A stretch of 64,000 bases of DNA, taken from Bacteroidota bacterium. Lineage in GTDB: Bacteria; Bacteroidota; Bacteroidia; Bacteroidales; GCA-2748055. The notes under the pieces were generated by a model that made no database searches, was not told where the DNA came from, and worked only from the letters and a program-made list of their open reading frames with translations. The DNA lies in contig JBDLIQ010000001.1 of assembly GCA_039714775.1 (NCBI GenBank), positions 19,294 through 83,293 of the forward strand, in the 5' to 3' direction. The translations under genes and the position numbers were made by a program. Positions 10,539 through 20,193 of this stretch are shown one piece after another (position 1 is the stretch's first letter; each line of letters begins with the position of its first letter).

Positions 10539-11291
10539 ATGAATGAGATTATTGCTGAATTTATCGGAACCTTCCTGCTTATCCTGTTGGGTAACGGGGT
10601 GGTGGCCAATGTGGTATTAGAAGATACAAAGGGCCATGCCGGGGGGTGGATTGTGATCACCCTGGGGTGGGGACTTGGAGTCTTTGTGGGGGTGGCTGTG
10701 GCGGGACCGGTTTCAGGTGCACATATAAACCCGGCTGTCACACTTGGACTGGCTGTTTCCGGTCTTTTTCCCTGGATAAAAGTGGTGCCATTTATTGTCG
10801 CCCAGGTGTTGGGAGCAGCAGCAGGGGCCTCTACAGTCTGGCTCTTCTACCGTCACCATTTCAACCGGACTGCCGATGCAGCTGCCCAGCTGGCCTGTTT
10901 CTCAACTGCTCCGGCCATCCGGAAGACAGGGAGCAATTTTATCAGTGAGTTAATCGGAACCTTTGTCCTGATCTTTGTGATCCTCTACATGGCCGAACCA
11001 TCGGTTGCTCTTGAAGGGGAAGCGGAGGTGAAGATGGGGCTGGGGACCCTGGGTGCATTGCCAGTGGCCCTGCTGGTAACCGCCATTGGTCTCTCGCTCG
11101 GGGGGACCACCGGGTATGCGATAAATCCGGCGCGGGACCTGGGGCCCAGGATCATGCATGCCATCCTGCCCATAGATCATAAGGGAAGAAGCGACTGGCT
11201 CTACGCATGGATCCCTGTTGCAGGGCCCCTTTCAGGTGGTGTGGTTGCTGCACTTTTATTTCTGTTACACCAGTTTCTTATTACTTCTTGA
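10539..11291 (+). CDS. glpF: Glycerol uptake facilitator (MIP/aquaporin family)
   Basis: Two NPA boxes (HINPAVT, AINPARD) and six hydrophobic segments. The ATG at 10539 (MNEIIAEFIGTF) was chosen. The tracked ORF start at 10368 would overlap the glpK 3' end. Confidence 0.92.
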   Translation: MNEIIAEFIGTFLLILLGNGVVANVVLEDTKGHAGGWIVITLGWGLGVFVGVAVAGPVSGAHINPAVTLGLAVSGLFPWIKVVPFIVAQVLGAAAGASTVWLFYRHHFNRTADAAAQLACFSTAPAIRKTGSNFISELIGTFVLIFVILYMAEPSVALEGEAEVKMGLGTLGALPVALLVTAIGLSLGGTTGYAINPARDLGPRIMHAILPIDHKGRSDWLYAWIPVAGPLSGGVVAALLFLLHQFLITS

Positions 11292-11298
11292 ATTATTG

Positions 11299-11314
11299 TG
11301 TGAATGTTTTCACA
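11299..11314. promoter_or_regulatory. CRP/FNR-type palindrome TGTGA-N6-TCACA
   Basis: Exact TGTGAATGTTTTCACA in the glpF-to-kinase intergenic region, about 100 nt upstream of the ATG at 11416. No T-run follows, so it is not a terminator. Confidence 0.3.
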
Positions 11315-11415
11315 AAAAAACCGAATCTCTTCTTGAATTAAAATTCAAAGATTAACTTTGATATAGAGAAATCACCTCAATAGCACCCCAGGCTTGTATT
11401 ATTACTATTGTGCAA

Positions 11416-14037
11416 ATGAGAAGTATCTTAATTGGAATGATGTTGTGTATTCACAGCATCCTCCTGATGGCAGGAAATACACAAACAGACAGGATCGACA
11501 GTTTGTACAGGCTCATGCATGAGCACGGAGGCAACGATTCCCTTCGTTTTGAGCTTCTCCTGGAATTGTCATCAGCCTATGTGCATTGGGAGAAAGGCCC
11601 TAAAGCCGAGGCTTATGCTGATTCGGCTCTTATACTTGCCATAAAAATGGATAATCCGGAAGGCAGGGTTGATGGCTTGTACTTAAAGGGAATGATTTTC
11701 AGATGGAGAGGTGACTATCCGGAAGCCCTGGAATATATTCAGCAGGCCCTGGAGCTGAGCGAATCACTCGGTTATAGCAAGGGTTATGCCACATCCCTTA
11801 TCGGCATGGGGATCATTTACATGGACCAGGATAACCATTACAAAGCGCTTGATTATTTCCAAAAGGCACAAATCCAAAGTGAAAAGATTGGGGATTTACC
11901 GATCATGTCAAGAACCCTGACCAATATCGGGATCATTCTTTTTTGGCTCAGGGAATACGAAGGGGCCATTGAGAAGTATCATGCAACCCTGGAGATTGAT
12001 AAGAAACTGAATAACAAGTATGGAATTGCCATCGCCATGAATAACATTGGTGAAGTGTATCTGAAGCTGGGGGAGTATCAGGAGGCACTTGAATATTTCC
12101 GGAAATCGCTGGAACTAAGCAGAGAGCTGGGCTGTAAGATCGAGATCGCTCACACCCTGATGGGCATGGGAGAAATCTGTTTTTTACAGACCAGATATGC
12201 CCAGGCTGAGGAGTATTATCATGAAGCTTATGAGATTGCAATTACGACAGTTCCCCGTTCACTCACCATGAGTTCGGCAATTCTGAGGATGAGTGCACTC
12301 TATCTGGAGACTGGCAACCTGCCCCTGGCACTGAAATATGCACAAGAGGGTATCCGGATGGCAAACGAGCTCTCTATCCTTAGAAAGGAGAGGGATGGAT
12401 ATAGGCTGCTTTCTGATATTTCTGTCAGAAATGGAGACTTCAAATCGGCCTATGGACATTTTATTCGCTACAAGCAACTCAATGACAGCATCTCCAGTGA
12501 AGATAACATCAAGAACATCACTACCCTTGGACTCCAGTACCAGTACGAAAAGGAGCTGCAGGAAGCGGAACTGTTACAGCAAAAACAACAGGTTGTCCTG
12601 GAGAGCGAAATGAGGTTTCATAAAATAACGCGGAATATCTTCATTGCGGGATTCATCCTGGCTGCATCAATGGCATTCCTCTATTTCAGACTGTTAAGGG
12701 AGAAGAGGGAGGCCAACGGTTTGCTGCATATTAAAAACAGGGAGATTGAGGAGCAGAACGAAAAGATCTCTCTCCAGAAAGAGGAGATACAGGCTCAGAG
12801 GGATGAATTATCCAAACACAAGGGCGAGCTTGAGGTCAAGATCAAAGAGCGAACGGCTGACCTCTCCATGGCCAAGGAGAGGGCTGAAGAGAGCGACAGA
12901 CTGAAAACGGAATTTTTGCAGAACATGTCACATGAGATACGCACGCCCATGAATGGCATTATCGGGTTTGCAGATATCCTGAAAAGCCCTGACCTTTCAC
13001 CGGAAAAGCAAAGCTACTGTCTCCAGGTGATCCAAAGCAGCAGTCACCAACTGTTGCAAACTATTGAGGATATCCTTGAAATATCGCGCCTGGATACCAA
13101 ACAGGTGAATGTAGTGGAAAAAGTGACCTCATTGAACCTGTTGCTTACCGAGCAACATTCGGTATTCAATTTTCAGGCGGAACAAAAAGGAATCGATTTG
13201 CAATTGAAGAATGAGCTGTCCGAACAGGAGGGCACAATCATGATAGATCCGAATAAACTGATCACGATTCTGAATAACCTGCTGGACAATGCCCTCAAAT
13301 ACACTTTTGAAGGTTCTGTTGAGTTTGGGAACAGGATCATTAATACTCCGGAAGGTAAGGAGCTGGAGATCTATGTGATGGACACGGGAGTCGGAATCAG
13401 GCCTGAGAACCACGATTCGGTATTTCTCAGGTTCTCACAGGAAGAGAAGAGTTTGTCAGACAAGGTGGGTGGGCTTGGACTGGGCCTCTCCATTGTAAAG
13501 GAGAACGTGGAGCTGCTAGGAGGAAGGATCTTCCTACAGTCTGAGAAGGAAAAGGGCACCACTTTTACAGTTAACCTTCCCTATAAGCCCGTGCATCCTC
13601 AGGATTCCGACATGGAGGCTGCTGCCCCCACTTCAGGCGTTGAAGTGGCCGGTACAGACTCAAGGCTGTACCAGATCATGGTAGTAGAGGATGAGGAATT
13701 TAACTTTCAGTTTATCAATATGATACTTGAGAGCTCGGACTTCAATTTGAAAGTCATTCATGCCCGGGATGGTAAAGAGGCTGTGGAGGCATGCAGGAAT
13801 AATCCAAATATTGACTTTGTTTTCATGGACCTGAAAATGCCCGAAATGAGTGGTTTTGAGGCAACACAACAGATCAGAGAATTCAGACCTGCCCTGCCCA
13901 TTGTGGCGCAGACCGCATATACCTCCCTTGAAGAGCGGGAGAAGGCCCTTTCGGCCGGCTGCAACGATTTCCTTTCGAAACCACTGAAGAAACAGATCAT
14001 CATCAGTGTGTTGAGCCGGCACCTTGTTTCAACCTGA
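11416..14037 (+). CDS. Hybrid sensor histidine kinase/response regulator with periplasmic-facing TPR array
   Basis: Signal/anchor, then multiple TPR repeats (..ALEYFRKSLELSRELG..), a coiled coil, a TM segment, H-box SHEIRTPMNGIIGF, HATPase motifs (NLLDNALKYT, DTGVGI, GGLGLGLSIV) and a C-terminal REC domain (VVEDEEFN..FMDLKMPEMSG). Confidence 0.9.
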   Translation: MRSILIGMMLCIHSILLMAGNTQTDRIDSLYRLMHEHGGNDSLRFELLLELSSAYVHWEKGPKAEAYADSALILAIKMDNPEGRVDGLYLKGMIFRWRGDYPEALEYIQQALELSESLGYSKGYATSLIGMGIIYMDQDNHYKALDYFQKAQIQSEKIGDLPIMSRTLTNIGIILFWLREYEGAIEKYHATLEIDKKLNNKYGIAIAMNNIGEVYLKLGEYQEALEYFRKSLELSRELGCKIEIAHTLMGMGEICFLQTRYAQAEEYYHEAYEIAITTVPRSLTMSSAILRMSALYLETGNLPLALKYAQEGIRMANELSILRKERDGYRLLSDISVRNGDFKSAYGHFIRYKQLNDSISSEDNIKNITTLGLQYQYEKELQEAELLQQKQQVVLESEMRFHKITRNIFIAGFILAASMAFLYFRLLREKREANGLLHIKNREIEEQNEKISLQKEEIQAQRDELSKHKGELEVKIKERTADLSMAKERAEESDRLKTEFLQNMSHEIRTPMNGIIGFADILKSPDLSPEKQSYCLQVIQSSSHQLLQTIEDILEISRLDTKQVNVVEKVTSLNLLLTEQHSVFNFQAEQKGIDLQLKNELSEQEGTIMIDPNKLITILNNLLDNALKYTFEGSVEFGNRIINTPEGKELEIYVMDTGVGIRPENHDSVFLRFSQEEKSLSDKVGGLGLGLSIVKENVELLGGRIFLQSEKEKGTTFTVNLPYKPVHPQDSDMEAAAPTSGVEVAGTDSRLYQIMVVEDEEFNFQFINMILESSDFNLKVIHARDGKEAVEACRNNPNIDFVFMDLKMPEMSGFEATQQIREFRPALPIVAQTAYTSLEEREKALSAGCNDFLSKPLKKQIIISVLSRHLVST

Positions 14038-14099
14038 TTTTTTCTTTTCTATATCCCGAAGCAAAAGACTAAATTTGAGAAAATTTAAATGTAACAACC

Positions 14100-15377
14100 A
14101 TGAGAAGGGATATCGATCTGTTTAATTTTATTGATCATGAGCACAACCGGCAGAAGAGGGGGATTGAGCTCATCGCATCGGAAAACTTTGTGAGTCCGCA
14201 GGTGATGGAGGCGATGGGTTCCTGCCTTACCAATAAGTATGCCGAGGGGTATCCGGGGCACCGCTACTACGGGGGTTGTGAGGTGATCGATGAGGTGGAG
14301 CAGCTTGCCATTGACCGTCTGTGCCGGCTTTATGGAGCTGAGTTTGCCAATGTGCAGCCCCACTCCGGGGCCCAGGCCAATATGGCTGTCTTTTTGACCG
14401 TCCTGGAACCGGGTGATACCTTTATGGGGCTGGACCTTTCGCATGGAGGACACCTTTCGCACGGCTCCCCGGTGAACAGTTCGGGAATTCTCTACAGGGC
14501 CGTATCATACGGTCTGGACCAAAAGAGCGGGCGGGTGGATTACGATGCCATGGAGAAGCTTGCACTGAAGGAGAAGCCAAAACTGCTGGTGGGTGGTGCT
14601 TCTGCCTACTCACGGGAGTGGGATTACAAACGGATGAGGGCCATTGCCGATAAGATCGGGGCCATCTTCATGGTGGACATGGCACACCCGGCGGGACTGA
14701 TTGCAGCGGGGCTCATGGACAACCCCCTGAAGCATGCGCACATCGTTACATCAACAACCCACAAAACCCTTCGCGGTCCAAGGGGAGGGGTCATCCTCAT
14801 TGGAAAGGATTTCAATAACCCCTGGGGAAAGGCCACAAAAAAAGGGGTGGTCCGGAAGATGTCATCGCTCATCAATTCGGCAGTTTTCCCGGGTATCCAG
14901 GGTGGACCTCTGGAGCATGTTATTGCTGCCAAGGCGGTCTCTTTCGGAGAGGCGCTTTCAGACGATTTCAAGGTGTATCAAAAACAGGTGAAAAAGAATG
15001 CCACTGCGATGGCAGATGCTTTTATCAAGCAGGGCTACAAAGTGGTGTCGGACGGTACCGACAACCACTCTATGCTGATTGATCTGAGGACCAAAACAGA
15101 GGAGATTACCGGAAAGCAGGTGGAGAACATCCTGGTGGAGGCCGACATCACTGTCAATAAGAACATGGTTCCGTTCGATTCGAGATCTCCCTTTCAGACC
15201 AGCGGGATCAGGGTGGGAACTCCGGCCATCTCCACACGGGGGGTGAAGGAGGATGTGATCCCCGTTATGGTGGAGTTGATCGACCGTGTGATCATGAATA
15301 TCGATGACAAGCCGGTTATTGAAAAGGTACGTCACCAGGTAAACGAACTGATGGCCGATTACCCCATGTTTGCCTGA
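14100..15377 (+). CDS. glyA: Serine hydroxymethyltransferase
   Basis: 425 aa. [21 protein letters not shown] and the PLP-lysine context [12 protein letters not shown] are diagnostic. Confidence 0.97.
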   Translation: MRRDIDLFNFIDHEHNRQKRGIELIASENFVSPQVMEAMGSCLTNKYAEGYPGHRYYGGCEVIDEVEQLAIDRLCRLYGAEFANVQPHSGAQANMAVFLTVLEPGDTFMGLDLSHGGHLSHGSPVNSSGILYRAVSYGLDQKSGRVDYDAMEKLALKEKPKLLVGGASAYSREWDYKRMRAIADKIGAIFMVDMAHPAGLIAAGLMDNPLKHAHIVTSTTHKTLRGPRGGVILIGKDFNNPWGKATKKGVVRKMSSLINSAVFPGIQGGPLEHVIAAKAVSFGEALSDDFKVYQKQVKKNATAMADAFIKQGYKVVSDGTDNHSMLIDLRTKTEEITGKQVENILVEADITVNKNMVPFDSRSPFQTSGIRVGTPAISTRGVKEDVIPVMVELIDRVIMNIDDKPVIEKVRHQVNELMADYPMFA

Positions 15378-15386
15378 TCGGGCCAG

Positions 15387-16148
15387 ATGGAGTGGTACAG
15401 CTATATCCTGATTGTCGCCGTTGGTGTTGTGGCGGGGATCATTAACACCATTGCCGCCGGTGGATCAATCCTTGTATTGCCGGTTCTTATGGCTTTCGGA
15501 CTGCCGCCCAACGTGGCCAACGGTACCAACCGGATCGCCATATTTCTCCAGAATGTGGTGGGTGTTGCCAGTTTTCACCGGGAGAAGATCATGGACTTTC
15601 CCTCCGGTTTCAGGGTAGGGATCCCAGCGGCCCTGGGGGCTGTGGCGGGTGCTTTTATTGCTGTGAGACTGAATGATGAGGTGATGAAACTGGCCATTGC
15701 AGGGGTGATGATCCTGGTCTTCTTCCTGGTCCTTCTGAAACCGAACCGCTGGATCACCAGCCATGAAACCCATCCCCCCATACATCACCGCCTGCAGATG
15801 GTGATCTTTTTTGTGATCGGTATCTATGGTGGTTTTATCCAGGCAGGTGTCGGGTTTTTCCTGCTCACCAGCCTGGTGCTTGGAAGCGGATTTGAGCTGG
15901 TCAAAGCCAATGCACTGAAACTCTTCGTGATTCTTCTTTACACACCGGTGGCCATTGTGATTTTTTTCCTTCACGGGGATATTAATCTCTGGATGGGGCT
16001 GTTGCTGGCAGCGGGCAACATGACCGGTGCATGGGTGGGGACGAAAATTGCAGTGAGGGGCGGGGCGGTATTTATCCGCTATTTTATGCTGGTTGCCATA
16101 CTGATCGCGGCCACCAAGCTGATCATAGACGCCATTACGGCACTATAA
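15387..16148 (+). CDS. TauE/SafE-family anion exporter
   Basis: 253 aa with about 8 TM segments. Family-typical AAGGSILVLPVLMAFGLPPNVANGTNR repeated pseudo-symmetrically. Confidence 0.8.
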   Translation: MEWYSYILIVAVGVVAGIINTIAAGGSILVLPVLMAFGLPPNVANGTNRIAIFLQNVVGVASFHREKIMDFPSGFRVGIPAALGAVAGAFIAVRLNDEVMKLAIAGVMILVFFLVLLKPNRWITSHETHPPIHHRLQMVIFFVIGIYGGFIQAGVGFFLLTSLVLGSGFELVKANALKLFVILLYTPVAIVIFFLHGDINLWMGLLLAAGNMTGAWVGTKIAVRGGAVFIRYFMLVAILIAATKLIIDAITAL

Positions 16149-17058
16149 TGTATTTGATCCAGCCGGTCTGCCGGTAGTTGGCATTCTGGTCCATCGAGAA
16201 CCTGCTCTCTTTGGCAGCCTTCACCACCATGGTCCAGATGCAGTTGTCCTGGTAGGTGGCCCTCTGGACAATGGCGCTTACCACCTTTCCGTCACGGTCC
16301 ACCTGGATATCTACAACAATTTCAATCTTCTGGGTCACTTCGCATCCCGACAGGTTAGGTTTAGGAACACTGCCCCGCCTGGAACCCAGTCCACCCACTG
16401 TGATACCATCTCCCAATCCGCCTCCTGTGTCATACCGGTCGGCATCGGGACTGCCGTTGATGTCTCCCTGGTTCCCGGAACCCTCTGTAATTCCTTCAGA
16501 GCCTTCACTCTCTCCAACACCCTGATTTCCAAAGGCGTTCTTTCCCAGGTTGTTCAGTTTATCGGCCTGCTCCTGTCGCTCCCGCTCGATCCGCTCCTCC
16601 TCTTCCCGCTTCTCCCTTTCGATCCGCTCCTCTTCTGCGATCCGTGCCTTTTCGATCCGCTCTCTTTCAATCCGCTCCTGCTCCAGTCGCTCTCTTTTAA
16701 TCTCCTCTTTGGTAGGTTTGGAGTCCTCTTTCACCTTTGTCTCCTCCACATCCTGTGCGTTATCAACGGGTGAGGGGTCGGGTGGGGTGTAAGCTTCCAC
16801 CTGTTCCGGAACCGGATCGGACACCTCCTCTGTGGCCTCCATCGCATCTGTCACGGGCAGGTCAGGATCCCCAGCCTGCTGGTCATCTCCAATGGGTTCA
16901 AAGTCACCGAAACCGGTGTCATCGGTACCGAAGTTTACCAGGATCCCCTCCTCTTCGGGCGGTGGATCGGGAAAGGTGAGGCCGGCAAATATCAACAGCA
17001 GCAGTAGCAGCAGATGATAGATGATGGTGGCGATAAGGCCTCTTCGGTTCAGGTTCAT
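16135..17058 (-). CDS. tonB: TonB-family energy transducer with long acidic E/R/I repeat linker
   Basis: N-terminal anchor, Pro/Asp-rich segment, the (ERIER)-like repeat ERIERERIEKARIAEEERIEREKREEEERIERERQEQ and a C-terminal TonB_C-like domain. It sits upstream of exbD-exbD-exbB. Confidence 0.8.
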   Translation of the reverse strand: MNLNRRGLIATIIYHLLLLLLLIFAGLTFPDPPPEEEGILVNFGTDDTGFGDFEPIGDDQQAGDPDLPVTDAMEATEEVSDPVPEQVEAYTPPDPSPVDNAQDVEETKVKEDSKPTKEEIKRERLEQERIERERIEKARIAEEERIEREKREEEERIERERQEQADKLNNLGKNAFGNQGVGESEGSEGITEGSGNQGDINGSPDADRYDTGGGLGDGITVGGLGSRRGSVPKPNLSGCEVTQKIEIVVDIQVDRDGKVVSAIVQRATYQDNCIWTMVVKAAKESRFSMDQNANYRQTGWIKYIIVP

Positions 17059-17126
17059 CAGGTTTTAATTACGGTTTTATTGGTCTGATGTAGCTCACAG
17101 GTGCGGTTCATGATCCGTTATTTCAG

Positions 17127-17525
17127 TTAACCCGATGGCTTTGTGCCCAGGATTACCTTGTATCTGTTACGTTTGGCTATATCGAGGAAAACAAACACCT
17201 CTTTCATATTCAGCTCCCTGTCAGCATTGAGCCTGACCGTGGGTGCCTCGCCATAGCTCTCCAGCTTTTTCCGGAGAACACTTTCAAGCTCACCCAGTGC
17301 GTAGACCTGGTCGTCCACTGAGATGGTATTTTGCCTGTCGATGGAGACCACCAGGACCGGGTTGGACTGGGTCTGGTTGTTGCTTTCGGGCAGATCCACA
17401 TTCTGTGCAGCAGGAACAATCAGGGTAGAGGTGAGCATAAAGAAGATCAATAGCAGGAAGACAATATCGGTCATCCCCGACATGGCAAAATTCTTATTGG
17501 TCTTATTTCTTGACTCCAGTGCCAT
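17127..17525 (-). CDS. exbD: ExbD/TolR biopolymer transport protein
   Basis: 132 aa. Conserved anchor MTDIVFLLLIFFMLTSTL and an ExbD periplasmic domain. Confidence 0.9.
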   Translation of the reverse strand: MALESRNKTNKNFAMSGMTDIVFLLLIFFMLTSTLIVPAAQNVDLPESNNQTQSNPVLVVSIDRQNTISVDDQVYALGELESVLRKKLESYGEAPTVRLNADRELNMKEVFVFLDIAKRNRYKVILGTKPSG

Positions 17526-17917
17526 TACAACTGTTTTAATACTACGGTATAGTCCCTCTCAACGGCAACATTCATGATCCTGACAAAATCTTCAACAGAG
17601 ACCGAAGGAGCGGTGACCACCTTGATGGTGGGATCCACCATACCCACAAGTTTTGATTCAAGGACCATGCCAAGTTCGTTGATACTCACCGTCCGGCCAT
17701 CCACAGTGAACCGGCTGGCGCTGTGCAGGGTTACTGTCGGAATACGCGATTCGGTCTGGATGGTCACCTGTCCCCGGCTTGGGAGTAGCATCTTCAGTGC
17801 ATTGGGGGCGATGAGTGTTGAAGTGAGCATGAAGAAGATCAGCAACAGGAAGACAATGTCGGTCATCCCCGACATGGCGAAATTATCCATTACCCTGTTT
17901 TTCGATTTTAGTGCCAC
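17525..17917 (-). CDS. exbD: ExbD/TolR biopolymer transport protein (tandem paralog)
   Basis: 130 aa with the same conserved anchor. Its stop overlaps the next start by 1 nt (TAATG). Confidence 0.9.
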   Translation of the reverse strand: MALKSKNRVMDNFAMSGMTDIVFLLLIFFMLTSTLIAPNALKMLLPSRGQVTIQTESRIPTVTLHSASRFTVDGRTVSINELGMVLESKLVGMVDPTIKVVTAPSVSVEDFVRIMNVAVERDYTVVLKQL

Positions 17918-17922
17918 CTTCT

Positions 17923-18612
17923 CTAATTTGCCGGTTCGTTGAGCAGGTCGATAAATTCAGAAGCGCCGCCCTCCATGTTGTTGATCACCTTATCTACCCT
18001 GGCGACAAGGGTGTTGTATGCAAAGTAAGCGATAATCCCCACAATCAATCCAGCCACTGTTGTGATCAGGGCCGTGTAGATACCGCCTGACAATTCGCCC
18101 ACGTTGATGTTATTCCCGGCTGTCGACATCTGGTGGAACGCCTGCACCATTCCAATCACCGTACCCAGGAAACCGATCATGGGAGCTCCGCCTGCCACAG
18201 TGGCCAGGGTGGGGAGGCCCTTCTCAAGTTTGTAGATCTCCAGCTTACCCACATTCTCGATGGCCGCGTTGACATCGTTCAGTGGGCGGCCAATCCTGCT
18301 GATTCCCTTTTCGATCATCCGGGCCACCGGATTTTCTGTGGACTGGCACAGGGTGCGGGCCGAATCGACCTTTCCTTCCATGATGAAGTCCTTGATCCTG
18401 TTCATGAAATTCTGATCCACCTTTGCCGCCCTCTTGATGGCAAACCAGCGTTCAAAGAAGATGTAGACTGCAATCATGCTCAGGATAACAATGGGGAGCA
18501 TGACCCAGCCACCTTTAAGGGCGATGTCGATGAAAGACTCGGTTGATGTTCCCTCTATGGCACTTGTATCCAGGTTTGTAACCTGTAAAAAAATTAAACT
18601 GTTCATGAGCAT
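17923..18612 (-). CDS. exbB: MotA/TolQ/ExbB proton channel
   Basis: 229 aa with 3 TM segments. C-terminal family motif PMIGFLGTVIGM..GGIYTALITTVAGL. Confidence 0.9.
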   Translation of the reverse strand: MLMNSLIFLQVTNLDTSAIEGTSTESFIDIALKGGWVMLPIVILSMIAVYIFFERWFAIKRAAKVDQNFMNRIKDFIMEGKVDSARTLCQSTENPVARMIEKGISRIGRPLNDVNAAIENVGKLEIYKLEKGLPTLATVAGGAPMIGFLGTVIGMVQAFHQMSTAGNNINVGELSGGIYTALITTVAGLIVGIIAYFAYNTLVARVDKVINNMEGGASEFIDLLNEPAN

Positions 18613-18639
18613 AGTATTTTGACCGAATATATAAAAAAT

Positions 18640-18672
18640 AACGGGATATACCCAGTTGTAGTATACCCCGTT
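18640..18672 (-). terminator. Probable terminator after the NhaD gene
   Basis: Inverted repeat AACGGGATATA / TATACCCCGTT. On the minus strand it is followed by a T-rich run (TTATTTTTTATAT), about 45 nt after the stop at 18718. Confidence 0.5.
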
Positions 18673-18717
18673 ATAAAAGTTTCAACTTGTTTTTTCAAAC
18701 AGCTCCTTTGAAGCGGA

Positions 18718-20142
18718 TCAATGGGCCAGGATAAGTGTCTGCAGATAATATACAGCAGCACCGGCCACATATCCCAGAAGTGCCAGCAGTGAAATGCGCT
18801 TCAGATACCAGATGAAATCGATCTTCTCCATTCCCATGGCAGCCACACCTGCAGCAGAACCAATGATCAGGATGCTTCCGCCTGTTCCGGCACAGTAAGC
18901 CAGGAACTCCCAGAACAATCCGTCCTGAACGAAGTTGGAGGCATACTCAATGGCTGCCGGATCGGTCATGGCAGCAATACTGGCAGCATCTTCAATGGGA
19001 TACATACCCATGGAACCTGCCACAAGGGGAACGTTGTCCACAATGGCAGAGAGGAGGCCGATGGCCAGGTCGATCAGGAAGATGTTCCCAAGGTTCTCAT
19101 CCAGCCATGAAGCGAGCACTGTGAGTTGTCCTGCGCTCTGCATTGCGGCAACGGCCGACAGGATACCCAGGAAGAAGAAGATGGTCGGTGTATCCACATG
19201 CTCAAGGATATGGATCACTTTGAGCCGCCTTTTATACTCATCCGGCTTGTTTTTATGCAGCAGTTCGGAGGTGAGCCAGATCACCGCCAGCGAAAGCAGC
19301 ATGCCCATGTATGGAGGGAGGTGGGTTACGGTTTTAAATACAGGGACAAACAGAAGTCCCGATACCCCCATAATCAGTAACAGCTTGCGTTCGAACAGTG
19401 TGGTGTATACCTTTTCATTCTCATCCACCTCCGGACGGTTCACATTGCCCTTCTGGGTGAAGCTGAGAAGGGCCAGCGGAACGATCATCGTGAAAAGACT
19501 GGGAACGATAACGTGGGTGATGATACTCACTGTAGAGACCTGCCCGCCGATCCACAACATGATGGTGGTCACATCACCGATGGGAGACCAGGCGCCACCT
19601 GCATTGGCAGCAAGAACAATCATGGAGGCGAAGAACCATTTGGTCTCCTTGTCCTGAATCAGTTTTCGAAGCAGGGCTACCATCACGATGGTGGTGGTGA
19701 GGTTATCCAGGGCTGCAGACATAAAGAAGGAGAGGAAACTGAGAATCCAGAGAAGCTTCACCTTTTTGGTGGTCTTGATCCGGTCGGTAATGATCTTGAA
19801 ACCGTCGTGCTTGTCGATCACCTCCACAATGGTCATGGCCCCAAGCAGGAAGAAGAGGATGCCGCCAATCTCACCCAGGTGATGAATAATCTCATGCTTT
19901 ACGATGAAATGCCGCATCGCTTCAATCCCATGTTCGGCATGTTCGGCATCTCCTTCATGGATATATGCGTTCCATGCTTCACTCAATCCGGCAGTGAAAA
20001 TGTCAAAAGCTCCAAAAATGTAGAGAACCCACATGAGTGTGCCGATCATCAGTGCGGGAACTGCCTTGTCAACACGCAGAGGATGCTCAAGGGCGATGGC
20101 AAGATACCCGAGAACAAAGACAACAACCATTACAATAAACAT
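18718..20142 (-). CDS. nhaD: NhaD-type Na+/H+ antiporter (ArsB/NhaD permease superfamily)
   Basis: 474 aa, polytopic. Family motifs SAALDNLTTTIVMV and AIVDNVPLVA. Confidence 0.8.
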   Translation of the reverse strand: MFIVMVVVFVLGYLAIALEHPLRVDKAVPALMIGTLMWVLYIFGAFDIFTAGLSEAWNAYIHEGDAEHAEHGIEAMRHFIVKHEIIHHLGEIGGILFFLLGAMTIVEVIDKHDGFKIITDRIKTTKKVKLLWILSFLSFFMSAALDNLTTTIVMVALLRKLIQDKETKWFFASMIVLAANAGGAWSPIGDVTTIMLWIGGQVSTVSIITHVIVPSLFTMIVPLALLSFTQKGNVNRPEVDENEKVYTTLFERKLLLIMGVSGLLFVPVFKTVTHLPPYMGMLLSLAVIWLTSELLHKNKPDEYKRRLKVIHILEHVDTPTIFFFLGILSAVAAMQSAGQLTVLASWLDENLGNIFLIDLAIGLLSAIVDNVPLVAGSMGMYPIEDAASIAAMTDPAAIEYASNFVQDGLFWEFLAYCAGTGGSILIIGSAAGVAAMGMEKIDFIWYLKRISLLALLGYVAGAAVYYLQTLILAH

Positions 20143-20193
20143 CAGACTTGATTTTAGTTAGTAGGATTTAAAGAGACCAAAGATAGGAAAGAT

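Noticed and set aside
17431-17890. Near-identical ~60-nt segments in the two exbD genes (17431-17492 vs 17823-17884) as evidence of recent gene conversion.
   Set aside because: The identity is confined to the universally conserved ExbD membrane anchor (NFAMSGMTDIVFLLLIFFMLTSTLI), and several synonymous differences are present. Purifying selection on paralogs explains it.
18935-19657. 240-aa plus-strand ORF, and many similar 60-250-aa ORFs antisense to long genes (e.g. 34724-35413, 36242-36985, 45079-45798, 46547-47236, 62525-63136, 63457-63972).
   Set aside because: They lie entirely inside well-supported genes on the opposite strand. Their composition is low-complexity and Arg/Pro/Gly/His-rich, and they carry no recognisable motifs. 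These are typical shadow ORFs of a ~50% GC genome.
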